Shown piece after piece: positions 37,609-51,189 of a stretch of DNA of 64,000 nucleotides. The stretch covers positions 18,375,689 to 18,439,688 of the forward strand of contig NC_057718.1 in assembly GCF_004010195.1 (NCBI RefSeq). Direction: 5' to 3'. This DNA is from Chiloscyllium plagiosum. Lineage: Eukaryota. Made by a program: the position numbers and the translations under genes. The stretch's first letter is position 1; the number at the start of each line of letters is the position of its first letter. Below the pieces are notes generated by a model, which searched no databases, had not been told where the DNA came from, and was given only the letters and a program-made list of their open reading frames with translations.

Positions 37609-38569
37609 ACAAAACACATGAGCTGAGTATTTCCCAAATTTATGGCTGTGGTTTTGTCAGATGCTGAACAGCAACAATGGCAGTTTACATTCTAATAGCC
37701 TAAAAGCAATTGATGGTTGGTGTTGATTTATTTGATGTTTTAATGGAATTTGGTTACAAAAATAACAAATAGACAAAAGGGTAATCTCCCAATATTTTGC
37801 CTCTAAACTACCACTTCTTATTAACCTCAACTGGGAATCTGAACTCTCTGGCTCTTGAGGTGCAGGCAGTTCATTAAGAACCCGGCAAATTTTTATTCAC
37901 ATCACACTTGTCAAAGGGTTTCATTCAATTAGTGCCTTTTTGTGAAGATCTTTAAAACCTTGTTGAAATGTATTTCTGTCTTTTTTTTATTGTTACTGGC
38001 ATTTGATTGATATAATTGTGGGACTCTATCTGCTGTACCTCCAAATGGTTCTTTTTAATTGTTGTTATATCTATTGATCTCTTAGCTAGATTTCACAGAA
38101 GGGGCTGATAAAACAAAATATGCAGGTGCAGCTCTTCCACCTGCATGGATGAGTCAAGGAGAACACAAGTTGCTGGGGTAACATGCCACTCATACATTAC
38201 AGCACCGTACCATGCAGATGGTCTGCCAGTTCATCACACCATTCCAACGAAAGGCATGAGCAGTAAAATGTGCACATCACTCTCAGCCACTGCAACTTTC
38301 CCATTCCATTTCCAAAATACTGCTAACCTTCATTGAACAATCTTGCAAACGTATTGAGTTGCCTAGAATATGGTGCACTGTAATACCAACATTGCATATC
38401 CTCATCCTGACTGTACCAGTTCTTGGAGACCTGCTTCCTTACCCTGCCCTCCACATAATATGGTGTGATGCCCCTCAACCTATATGTAAGGAATTTCCTC
38501 TCTAATGGAGAGAGAGAGATGCCTATGGTCCTTTGTCAACAATGGATAACAGACAGACTACTGAATACT

Positions 38570-38932
38570 GAATACAGAATACTGAACGGCCTGGACAGAA
38601 TGGATGTCGGGAAGATGTTTCCCTTGGCAGAAGAGACGAGGATCCGAGGGCACAGCCTTAGAGTAAAGGGAAGACCCTTTAGAATGGAGGCAGGAGAATC
38701 TTCTTTAGCCAGAGAGTGGTGAATCTGTGGAATTCATTGCCACAGAAGGTTGTGGAGGCCAGGTCATTGAGTATATTTAAAATAGAGATAGATAAGTTCT
38801 TGATTTCCAAGGGATCAATGGTTACAGGGAGAAAGCAGGAAAATGGGTTGAAAAACCTATCAACCATAATTGAATGGGAGAGCAGAATCGATGGGTTGAA
38901 TGGCCTGCCTCTATGTCTTATGGTCTTATAGA
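38570..38932 (+). mobile_element. CR1 LINE 3' fragment, followed by a decayed family B PLE tail (~38935-39055, -)
   Basis: YRILNGLDRMDVGKMFPLAEETRIRGHSLRVKG; VNLWNSLPQKVVEA. Confidence 0.9.
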
Positions 38933-41613
38933 CTAAAATGATGAAAACCAAAAGAACCGTGGATACTGTAAATCAGAGACAAAAATAGGAATTGCTGGAA
39001 AAACGCAGCATCTGTGGAGAGAAATCAGAGTTAATGATTTAGGTTTGATGAGTTTTCTCTTGATTTGAGAGTTTGTCAGTGATATTGTGATGGCAATTGG
39101 ATGATGTAGATGGTGTCACTCTCCATAGCTGTTCATAATGTTGACTTGGCTTTGTATATTTGCATAAGTCCTTGAAAGTTTCCTTCATCTAATTTACAGC
39201 TCAGGGAGTGAGGAGCACGATACTGACCTTGTCAACTGTTGATGCCAGACGTGCTGGCATCTGGAACTAGTAAATGGTGTTGATTCTTACTGACCTGAAA
39301 TGAGCTTTTCTTTTCTCCTGGGGCGTATAGAGTGAGACCTGGCTATCAGATGATATTCCTGTGTTCATGGATGACATATTGTGCATCCAGAATTATACTC
39401 AAGTTGATGATATTGGATTATGTGCAAAGGAGGGAAAGATGTTTGCATTTATGCAAGAGTTTTCACCACCTCATGACGTCTCAGTGTGATTTATAGTCAA
39501 ACTGTATTTCAATCATCATTGTATTGTAAGAAAGGCAACACACAAAACATTCCCATAAATTTCTACCCAACACACAAGCAAACTAACCACACAGTGGGGA
39601 TAAGTAACTAGAACACGTGGAAGCAATGAAACTCTACATGACAATATCTAAGAGTCTAGTTAATACACCAGGCTGGATAACACAGGCTGGATAACAGTGC
39701 CCAATGCCTCCATGAGTTAATACATCACATCCTACACAGAAACTTTAGATCACCCCTTAAAACATATAACACAGTTAATCATCTATAAGTGACGTTAGCA
39801 GAGGGTAAAGTACTGGTCAAAACCTCTGCGTGAACACTTATCTTTTAACTGGTGTTATTAGACATTTTGTGTTCACCTGCAAGGTTGGTGGGGCTTTGGT
39901 GTACCATCATACCCAAGAGGTACACCTTCCCTCAATACTCCAAAGCCACAATAGCGGATTTTCTGCTTGTCCCTGGTTTTGGTCTCCTATATAATGAGTC
40001 AGAAAACAAGAGGGATTTAATGATAGGAATATCATTCCCCTCTAAAAAGAAGTGAAAACCCTGGACTGCAGAGGGATGTACTGCAATCTTCTTTAGAGAA
40101 AATGCATCACACTTAGAACTGTTCAATCACAATTATCCATTGATTGGATATTCAAAGCCATTAAAATGTCTGAAACTTGAGAAGAGGGTTGCGAAGCCAG
40201 ATGCCTGAGGTTCAGAGAAGGCATATCCTTCTTGGCAAAGTCAGCTGTTCCATCACGTCTCCACTGTTGGTTTCGATTTGGTAGAAGGTAATAATCATTG
40301 AGTGGAGGATAGCATTCATCTTAGCTCAGCTCCACATCAGACCCACCCCATTGTGAAACACTGGTCCTTGAAGCAGCAGGGTCATCATTTAATGAAGAAT
40401 GTTCATTAAGACCCTCAAGAAACTTGCTGCTGGGTCCAGCAAGGGCTATATCTGGTGTGTAGAGCACAGCATTTGTAGCATCCATTCAAGCATTGATGGA
40501 GAGTTGACAAACTGAAAATGATATTAACATAACACATTAATGAGAGGCTTACTTGCATATTACCTATAATTGTCTGAATTTACCCATAGCTGTTTTTAAA
40601 AAGAAACTGTTTTACATTGCATTGTAGTGAATCTGAGCTGCTATTTGAATCAAATCAAATCAAATCCATCTGTTCAGAATGTTGTTGGGCATTCCATCTG
40701 CATCATTCAGGAACACTGACATTAATGTAATTGAAACAATGATGCCAGCAGGAAAATAATAAGATCAGGCTCTCTGGATTTCCTTTTACATTTAACACAG
40801 ACAGATGAAATAAAAGTCTCTTCTCACTGAAGCTGTGAAATGTTAATGGGCTGGACTGGTGCCACTTCACGGTGAAACCTACTTCTGCAGGCCTGCTGTT
40901 TTCACCTTTTGGAATAATTTTATCACTATCTCCTTTATAGTGCCTTTCCTTTAATGTACGTTTTTCATCTGCTTTTACCCATGATGTTCCAGCTGCAGTT
41001 CTGATCTTGCTGTTCCCAACACTGCCTTGATAGCTTTTGTAAGTTCAACATCAAATCAGTGAGTTTAGCATTGAGGAAGTGAGCTTCACAGTGGTAAAAG
41101 CATGGGTTAGTATTTTGAGCGTGGATGGATAAATCACTACGCACCTTCACTCAACTCAAGGTGAATGACTGAAGCTAGGGCACAGATTAGCCATGATCTA
41201 TTGAAGGAACAGCCTGGCTCATTCTCCTGTGGAACCATTTGTCTCGTTTGTCCTTAATTTTCTATTCATCAGCTTAGACTTTGAGAGGTGCTTAATTATT
41301 TAATGGAGGAAGGTAGTCTGCATCTACATCCTGTATACTGTGAGGGATACTTATACATCTCAATTCTAAAATTCTTATCTTGTTTTGAAAATTGTCGACT
41401 CACCATTCCCAAACTCTGTAGTCTCTTCCAGCCCCATAACACTCAAAGATATCTGTATTCCTCTAATTCTGGCTTCCTGAGCATCTCCAATTTTAATCAC
41501 TCCACCATGCTTTCTGATGATTGGCACCAAACCCGAGAATCTTCACCTTACATTCTTTTCCTCTCTCTTGCTGCTCCTTGAAGATAGGTTTTTAAAACCT
41601 ATCTCATTGACTG

Positions 41614-44600
41614 GGTTAATCCAAGATGGAGGACAGTAAAAACTTCTGGCTGTAACAGGCTGCTCCTTTTTTGAGGTATTTTTGGTGTTGGAGGTGATTT
41701 CCTCGAATTCCAGGAGCAGCAATTACTGTTTTATATGCTGTTGCATTGGTTTGGAACTTCAGAGAAAAAAAAGTCAGAACAATAGCAGTTTTAAAAGGGA
41801 GAAGAGCAGACAAAAGGCAGCACATGGTGAGGTCAGTGCAAGAGAGAGAAAGAGAGAAAGACGGAGAAAGACCTACTGCCTTTGCTGTTTGAATTCATGT
41901 ATCACTGGACATCGGAGTGCATCTGGGAAAATTAGCAAGCACTGAAATTCACAACTAATGTTGAGGGAATCTGTTTGGGAGAGGTCACAGCACAGAAATA
42001 GATAAGTGAATATTTTTAAGAGTAGCCTTACAGTAAGTCTGCAGTAGTGAGTAGAGCAGGTTCTTTCTTGATTATATGTTTTATTGAGATATGTCTGTTG
42101 ATTAAACTTAAAAATACAAGTCATAAGTATTAAGTTAGCCTGAAGCAGTGTTTTGTGGAGGAATAAGACAGTGATGTTTTCTGGGTCTGTAAATTGGAAG
42201 AAGCAAAACTGGCCTTGAGTAGAGTGATATGCTCTTCTTGTGGAAGTTTAGGGAGAGTTTAAGGGTTACTGAGGATTATATTTGCAATCAATGCCATTGG
42301 TTGTGAATCCTACCAAATCAAATGGATCGGTTGGAGAGGCAATGAGGAATTTACAAGAGCAAGGGGGTGTGATGGATGGCAGTTATAGGAAGGGAGAAAA
42401 GTCACAGATGCAGTCATATAGATGGGTTAACTCCAGGAAAGGTAAGTAGGCAGGTAGTGCAGGAGTCTTCTGTGGCTACCCCATTTCAAACAAGTATGCT
42501 GTTTTGGAAAATGGAGGGGGTGATGGATTCTCAGGGGAATGTAGCAAGAACAGCCAAGTTTCTGTTGTTGAGACTGGCTCTAATGCAATGAGGGGTACGT
42601 CAGGTTCCAAGAAATTGAGGACTCTTTTGCCTGAGGCACAGACAGACGTTTCTGTGGCCAGCAGTGAAAAAGCATAGTGGTGTGTTGCTTCCCTGGTGCC
42701 AGGATCAAGGATGTCTCAGAGTGGGTGCAGAATGATCTCATGGGGGAGAGATCCCAGCAGGAGGTCATTGTACACATTGGAACCAATGACATAGGAAGGG
42801 AAAAGGATGAAATTCTGAAGGGAGAATATAGAGAGTTAGGCAGGAATTTAAAAAGGACATCCTTGAGAGTAGTAATATCTGGATTACTCCTGGTGCTGCA
42901 AGCTAGTGAGGGGAGGAAAAGGAGGATAGAGCAAATGAATGTATAGCTGAGGAGCTGGTGCATGGGAGAAGGATTCACATTTTTAAATCATTGGAATCTC
43001 ATCTGGTGTCGAAGTGACCTGTACAAGAAGGATGGATTGCACCTGAATTGGAAGGGGACTAATATACTGGCAGGGAGATTTGCTAGAGCTGCCCAGGAAG
43101 ATTTAAACTAGTAAGGTGGGAGTGTGGGACCCAGGGAGATAGTGAGGAAAGAAATCAACCTCTTGGTACATTTGATAAAAGAAGTGAGTCAAACAGTCAG
43201 GGCAGGCAGGAACAAAGCAGAGAACAAGGTAGGATGATAAATTAAACTTCATTTATTTCAATGTAACAGGCCGAACAGGGAAAGCAGATGAACGCAGGGC
43301 ACGGTTAGGAACATGAGACTGGGATATCATAGCAATTACAGAAACATGTCTCAGGGATGGACAGGACATGCAGCTTAATGTTCCAGGATACAAACCATAG
43401 AGGAAGGAGAGATACGGAGGCAAGAGAGAAGGGGGAGGGGCATTTTAGATAAGGGATTGCATTACAACTGTCCTGAGGGAGGATATTTCTGGAAATAAGT
43501 CCAGGGAAGTTACTTGGGTTGAACTGAGAATAAGAAAGGGATGATCACCTTATTGTATTGTATTGTAGACCCTCCTAATGGTCAGAGGGAAATTGTAAAA
43601 CAGATTTGTAAAGAGATCTCAGGTATCTGTAATGAATAATAGGGTAGTTACGGTAGGGGATTTTAACTTTCCTAACATAGACTGGGACTGCCATAGTGTT
43701 AAGGGTTTAGATGGAGAGGAATTTGTTAAGTGTGTACAGGAAAATTTTCTGATTCAATATGTGGATGTACCTACTAGAGAAGGGGCAAAACTTGACCTAC
43801 TCTTGGGAAATAAGGCAGGGCAGGTGACTGAGGTGTCAGTGGGGGAGCACTTTGGGGCCAGTGACCATAATTCTATTAGGTTTAAAATAGTTATGGAGAA
43901 GGATAGGCCAGATCTAAAAGTTGAAGTTCTAAATTAGAGGAAGGCTAATTTTGACGTTGTTAAGCAAGAACTTTCAAAAGCTGATTGGGGGCAGATGTTC
44001 ACATGTAAAGGGACAGCTGGAAAATCTGAAGCCTTCAGAAATGAGATAATGAGAATCCATAGAAAGTATATTCCTATTAGGGTGTAAGGAAAGGCTGGTA
44101 GGTATAGGGAATGCTGGATAGCTAAAGAAATTGAGGGTTTGGTTAAGAAAAAGAAGGAAGTATATGTCAGGTATAGACAAGATAGATCGAATTAAGAGTG
44201 TAAAGGCAGTAGGAGTATACTTAAAAAGGAATTCAGGAGGGCAGAAAGGGAACATGAGAAAGCTTTGGCAAATAGAGTTAAGGAGAATCCAAAGAGGTTT
44301 TACAAATACATTAAAGACAAGAGGGTAACTAGGGAGAGAATAGGGCCCTTCAAAGATCTGCAAGGCGGCCTTTGTGTGGAGCTGTAGAAAATGGGGGAGA
44401 CAGTAAACGAGTATTTCGCATCAGTATTTACTGTGGAAAACGACATGCAAGATATAGAATATAGGGAAATAGATGGTGACATCTTGAAAAATGTCCATAT
44501 TACAGAGGATGAAGTGCTGGATATCTTGAAACGCATCAGGGTGGATAAATACCCAGGACCTGATCAGATATACCTGAGAACTCTGTGGGAAGCTAGGGAA

Positions 44601-45150
44601 GTGATTGCTGGGCTTCTTGCTAAATATTTGTATCATCGATAGTCACAGGCGAGGTGCCGGAAGACTGGAGGTTGACTAACGTGGTGCCACTGTTTAAGAA
44701 AGGTGATAAGGACAAGCCAGGGAACTATAAACCATTGAGCCAGACATCAGTGGTGGGCAAGTTGTTGGATGGAATCCTGAGGGACAGGATGTACATGAGG
44801 GGCATGGATAGGATAAATAGACAAAGTCTGTTCCCTGGGGTGGGGGTGTCCAGAACTAGAGGGCATAGGTTTAGGGTGAGAGGGGAAAGATATAAAAGAG
44901 ACCTAAGGGGCAACCTTTTTCATGCAGAGGGCGGTGTGAGTATGGAATGAGCTGCCAGAGGAAGTGGTGGAGGCTAATACGATTGCAACATTTAAGAGGC
45001 ATCTGGATGGGTATATGAATAGGAAGGGTTTGGAGGAATATTGGCCAGGTGCTGGCAGGTGGGACTAGATTGGGTTGGGATACCTGGTCAGCAGGGACGA
45101 GTTGGACCAAAGGGTTTGTTTCCATGCTGTACGTCTCTATGACTCTGTGA
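41614..45150 (+). mobile_element. Near-full-length CR1 LINE: 5' UTR, ORF1 (Zn finger + SGNH esterase), ORF2 endonuclease, most of RT deleted, intact 3' end
   Basis: ICSSC..YICNQC; CFPGARIKDV..VIVHIGTNDIG..DGLHLN; GDFNFPNIDW..LDLLLGN..SDHN; RT start PGNYKPLS joined to the 3' end at catg ~44794-97; sits inside an L2 tail. Confidence 0.93.
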
Positions 45151-45279
45151 CGCTATTTACCTTCGCACCATCTTTTGTGGCTCATTGAAATAATCTGTTT
45201 CCTGACATTTCCCATGACCTGGCTTCAAATGTCTTAATAAATTGTAAGTGCTATAGAATTCATAAGCACTGCACAAAGG

Positions 45280-45790
45280 CAATGGTGTTGTAGTGATAAT
45301 GTCACTGGACTAGTAATCCAGCTAATGCATTGAAGGTATGGGATGAAAGCCCATTACAGCAGCTGGAGAAATGTAAATACAACTAATAAATCTCGAATAG
45401 AACAGACAGTTTCTGATTTTGAAATTATATTAAAATAGAACTGAAGATCTGAAATAGAAATTGTTTGAGAAACTGAGCAGGTCTGGTGACGTTTGGGGAG
45501 AGAAAGCAAAGTTAACGTTTCAAATACAGGGACCCTTTTTCAGAAATATAGTAATTGGCAATTATCATAAAAACTCATGTGGCTCACTAATACCCTGTTG
45601 GTTTACTTTAGCATGGGGGAAAGAAGGCTGTTATTGTTACTTGGTCTGATCTACATATAATTCCACACCCACAACAATATGGTTAACTCTTGAGTGCCTC
45701 TGAAATGGTGATAGCAAACCACTCCATTCGAGAGCAATTTGGAGTGAGCAACAAATGCTGGTCTTGACAGTGATACAACATCATATGAAA
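45280..45790 (+). mobile_element. tRNA-type SINE (family X) with a nested decayed family B PLE repeat (~45425-45545, -)
   Basis: gtagtgataatgtcactggactagtaatccag head; gagcaacaaatgctggtcttgacag tail; nested aagttaacgtttc...gaccctttttcagaa. Confidence 0.65.
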
Positions 45791-45896
45791 AAAAATGTTG
45801 TCAAATACAGTCCCTCATTCAGAACCAGTCAAACCTACCTCTGACAGCTGGAGCTGGATTGGCGTGTGATGATGATGGTTTGCATATTCTCCTGTA

Positions 45897-46115
45897 CAGC
45901 CAGTTCTGCTATAACGAGTGTTTCTTGAACACCAATTGGCGATAACGCGATTGAAAAATTTAGACCATTATTTGTAGAATGTGAACTTTCCTTACCCTTA
46001 TTGGCTATAACGTGATTCCGGTCCCATTGGTTTAAATAGTGCTGCTACTACGCGATTTACTTATGAAGTGGGATCACATGGGAACAGAACTATCACATTA
46101 TATCAGAACAGACTG
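45897..46115. mobile_element. Tigger/pogo-like MITE (219 bp)
   Basis: TIRs CAGCCAGTTCTGCTATAACG / CAGTCTGTTCTGATATAATG; left TA at 45895-96; internal ATAACG subrepeats. Confidence 0.8.
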
Positions 46116-48382
46116 TTGTAGGAGCATGGAAACCTTAATGAGTCACAAACATCCACGAGGACAACTATCCCTAATGGGGATGGAACCCAAGTCAAGCTAG
46201 TATCAGAGTGTGAGAAAGGCTGTCAAAACCCAAAACAACTATTGTCAAAAGACTTCCAACAGTGTCTGCACAGATATGTCCATGCTATCACTGCTACCTG
46301 CTCCTTTGCTCCTTCTTCCCTGTTAGCAGTACCCCTTTCAAAATTAGTGAGGTAAGTACGGTTAAAGTGTTGCGGGCAAGCAAATTTCATGGTGTCAGTT
46401 CTGCCACAGATCAGGGACGATTCTCTTATATGATCTCCTGCCAATCACGTCATTAACTATATCACTGTTGCTAGTGTTCCTCAGCAGGTCTGTAAGTGCT
46501 GGGATAAATTCCATTGTGACGTAGTGCACTCTTCTCCCATTACCATCTTCACCAACTCATTCTTTACATTTTATTTGATCAAATGCAGCGAGTCCTACTG
46601 CCCTTAAATAGTTCTGACTGCTGCATTTTCAACTTATCAAGTCTGACCAAATGATTCCTCATTATGAATTGGTTGGTGTTGCATTAAATGAAAGCTTTTG
46701 AGGTGGGCAGGTGGGGTCACCTTTTGAAACCTTTTGCACACTTGAAAATGGAGCAATGGAAGACTAATTTGCAAAGGGAAGGCTTTGCACCATCAAGTTG
46801 GTGGCTGGAAGGTGCCTACCTGTCGCGTGTGTGCGGAATGTGAATTCTTTGACTCCTTCTGCCACTTAAGCCAAATACCACTGAGATAATTTATTTTTCT
46901 CTATGAAGTGAAAATCATTTGATTTCCTTGTAGCAATCGATTGTGAAGTCCATCAGCAGTATATTGGCAGTGGAGGTAATGAGATTATTGATTGCACTTC
47001 AGGACTAAGATGAGGATCATTCTTCAATGAAATGGAGAAAGTGAAAAGGAAAATGCAAATCAAGGCAGCAAAAAATTGTCAATGAATCACTTAATCTTTG
47101 ATCAAAAATAGGAATGGCTTTTTATTTTTGAGGAATTTTCTTCTAATTCTTGACCATCTCACCTCAGACTGGAGACGGAACTTCAGTCTTTCCTCTTCTG
47201 TATAGTACAGCATTCAAAGTAGAAACTGCATTGATGTGTAAATTGATAAATTGATTCACTCCAAATTAGTCCTGTGAACTTATAAGTTTTGTAGCATATC
47301 CAAGTCCATTTGCAAACTGGTAGCTCCACTGCTAATTCAGATTCAGAACACAGTGTTTACTGCATCTGCACTGACCTCCAAACACAGGAATAAGTGGAGT
47401 TTAGAATCCAAGCACACAGTGGCTTGTCAGGATTGCTATCACTGTGACTTAAAGCTCTGACACTAACATAGCCTGTTACACCGGCCTTAAAGCTTGGCCA
47501 GACTCAGATTTACATGACAAGCATTATAATTGGCCTCCTCCTGCCCGTGTACCATCTGGCGCTGAGCCATAAAGACAAGGAGCAGCCTCAATTTATGTGG
47601 AAAGCATTAAGCAGCCTCTGGGTGACCGTGGGTCATCGTGTTTGAACTTGGTGTTCCTGGTCGGAGCGAGAGAGCAGATTAACCAGAAATCTTAATTTTA
47701 CTCTGATTATAAAGTATGGTCATAGGATAGAGAATGATTCACAGTTGTTCTGGGTCATTTCAACCAGGGTAATTGCATGTTGACTTGTTGGGAGAGCAAT
47801 TTTGTAATGCTGAGGTGTTGTTGTCCAATTTGCATGTCAGAAAAGTCAATAGTTTTTTTAAAAAGTGGTTATCTTTGACAATGACCCATTGTAAAAGGCT
47901 GTATATTAATTCCAGCCATTATATTAATTATGTTGCAGTAACATTGCTTTCTCTCCTGAATGCAGAGACTCCTGTTAAGTTACTTCCTTGGATGCTAGTA
48001 CTTTACTGCTGGTGAGATTGCCCTCCAATGCCATACCTAAGAGACCATTTCTCATGAGTGAACTTAGAGAATATAAGACAGTCTGATCCTGTCTTTGGAA
48101 CAAAGCAACAATCATAAACAAACTCAAGTCATCACCAAAGCACCATGACTGACCTGACACCAGGTGCTCTCAAACACAATCTCCAGGAAGGTTTAATGCA
48201 GAATGGTATGCGGAAAGTCTGAATGAATTTCTGTATCTCAAAGCGATTGTGTAATAAACCTTACCTTATTACCTCAGTAAGTGCCTCTCCTGTTGAAACC
48301 TATTTGTGGTTCATCCTTCGCCACTAACTACTAGAAAGCCAATAACATGATATTTCTCGCAAGCCAAAAAGTTAATAATCAC

Positions 48383-48566
48383 CCATCAGGTTATAGTCCA
48401 ACAGGTTCACATGGAAGCAGTAGCTGTTGGAGTGCTGCTCCTTCATTAGGTAGCTGTGGAGCAGCGCTGGAAAGTTAGTGCTTCCAAATAAACCTATTGG
48501 ACCATAACCTGGTGTTGTATGATTTTTAACTTTGTCCACCCCAGTCCAACAGCAGCACCTCCACAT
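48383..48566. mobile_element. Fold-back mini-PLE, family C
   Basis: caggttatagtccaacagg...tgctgctcc inverted against ggagcagc...cctattggaccataacctg; two decayed hammerhead halves; taataatcac at 48373 and 48585. Confidence 0.85.
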
Positions 48567-49318
48567 AAACTCAAAAAGACATTCTAATAATCACATCAAT
48601 GAGTAACGTTGGATGTGAATTTCAATGTCAGTGAGATGCCAGGGCCCCAGGCAGTATGTCCCAGTAGCTGGTGGATCCAATCGGATAGTACATCCCTCCA
48701 AATGTTTATAACAAGCAAAAAGCTGACCATACTCCACCAAGCCAAACTTGCAAAAGGTTGTAAAACAGTGTCTAAAATTAGATGTGCTTCTGCAATTGGA
48801 TAACCAACGCAGACCTTTCAGTCAAGTTCACACTATGATGCAATACCTATATTGGAAACTACATATATTAATATACAGGGCCCTGTTCTTTGCTGAGAGA
48901 AAGAACGCATGCACATATTCCCCAATTTCGACTGAACAAAATAGGTGACAGCCACACGTCAGTTTATTTCTTTGGACAATGCACTAACCAATTAGAATCA
49001 AGCTGCCTTTTAAACTTAAACCTGGCAGTTAACTGCTATTTATCATGGATTGGTGCATTCTCCATGGCAACACCTCAACTGGAGCCCTCTTGCCAACTAA
49101 TCAGCACTCACAGTAAATGTTGGTTTTCCTCTTGAATCAGTATTCTTGTAAATTTCCTCAGGAGTGAAGATGGGAAGCTTCACAAAAATGTGCTTTTTTC
49201 AGCAATACTCAAATTCCGTACTACCAATAGATTACTTAGAAACATTATTGTTATTGCTGTATGGTATGGAAGACATAGTATAACTGACATAGACATAGCT
49301 GTACAATATTATAAAGTG

Positions 49319-49655
49319 GGTGTCATGGTGGCTCAGTGGTGAGCAGTGCTGCCTCACAGCACCAGGGACTAGGGTTTGACTTCACCCTCCGGCAACTGTC
49401 TGTGTGGAGTTTGTACATTCTCCCCATGTCTGCATGGGTTTCTGTTGGGTGCTCTGGTATCCTCCCACAGTCCAAAGATGTGCAAGCTAGTTGGATTGGC
49501 CATGCCAACTTTCCATAGTGTGAAGGGATGAGTAGGTTAGGTGTGTTATCTGTGGGAAATGCAGGGATAGGGGTGGGCGATGGATCTGGGTTGAGAGGGT
49601 CAGTGTGGACTTATTGATCCAAATGGCCTGATTACACACGGTAGGAATTCTATGG
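49319..49655 (+). mobile_element. HE1-like V-SINE, full length
   Basis: atggtggctcagtggtgagcagtgctgcctcacagcaccagggac...tcccacagtccaaagatgtgca...aattctatg. Confidence 0.9.
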
Positions 49656-51189
49656 AATGGATATAGATAAATACATATGCCTGAGGAATCTATGCTCCAG
49701 GGATTTAAAGGTTATAGAATCAGTGCTACAATCTTGTCTCTAGACAATGCTTTATTGATCACTTGATGGGATGGTAGATTGGTTGTTGTACCAAAGGAGA
49801 CAGACTGAATTGCAGGAAGCAAATTTCTCTCACTTATACTGTATCCTCTTTTTATTTCAAAGTAAGGCAGGCAGAACGAGGATGCCTAACATCATAGGCC
49901 ACTGATCTCTGGGAAGACAATCCCATGGGACTGCGCAGTTCAAACTTTGAAGCTCTGAGACTTTCAGTCCAGAAATGAAAGCATACTTATTTGCAAATTA
50001 AAGATTTCCAGGCCATAGTAATAATGACAGACCAATGCAGAGTTGGAATTGATGAATGAGTGAATTTGTTTGCTGTGTGTCATTATTGACCTGCACAGAA
50101 CATAGAGAATCTAAATGCTCTTAAGCAGGCTTAGAACATGCAGTAGAGAATCTGCCATCATCACCCACATTGATATTGACTATTGACACTGATATGGGTC
50201 ATGGGAGAGATGGAAAGACTTGCATTTATGTTGCAACTTCCACAACCTCTGATGCCCCAAAGCTCTTTATGGCCAATGAGGTACTTAATTAAGATCTGTA
50301 GTAGCTGACTCTCAGGATATTAATGGTGGCAGCTTTTGCATTACTCCAGCTGATTTTAGGTGCCCTGTTTTGCAATGTTTGTGCTTGACAGAAGGATTGC
50401 TTATATCCAGGGGTTATTGAGTTATCCACACAGGACTGCTGGTGGAAAGGATCTGATACACAAAAAAAAATGGGTCCTCCCAAATCATTCTACTTCAATT
50501 GAACAGGACTTCAAAGTTCTCAAAGTCATAGAGTCATTCTGCAAAGAAACAGGCCTTTCAGCTCACCATATCGATATCAACTAACAAACACCAAAACTAC
50601 ACAAATAACATTTACCTGCACTTGATCCATAACCTATGATGCCCTTGTATTTTAGGTGCTCATCCAGGTGCTTGTTAAATGTTGTGAAAGTACTTGCCTC
50701 CAACACCTCTTAATACAAAGTGTATATTATGTCCCCAACCCGATATTATGATCCATGGAACCAAATCAAGCAAAGTATCAGCAGAAGTATGTCTTGAGCA
50801 GTCAAAACAATCTACTGCCCAGTTTGTGCCATCTGGTGTAAATCACATCCAATCAGGAGTGTCCTACTTTTAAACAGCTTTAATGATTGGTTTTTAGTTG
50901 CATGTTTGGCAGCAGTCTGATGGACATGTCTGATGGACAAGAGATGGAGTTAATGTGTTTGGTTAGTTCTTAGAGAATTTGCCTAATGGCTTCGATACTT
51001 AATGGCAGATCACAGACTTGTCAGACACAATCTGCTCCAATGAAGTACTTTGCAGGAGGCAAACTTGGAAAATCTGCTCTCTAAAAGATAGAGTGGCAAT
51101 GATTCCATCAGCTTGGGTTCAGAACTGAGGCTTTGGCACCTCGTGTAATTGTCCATGTTGAATTTTGTTAAGGGAAGAAAATGAAAGGA

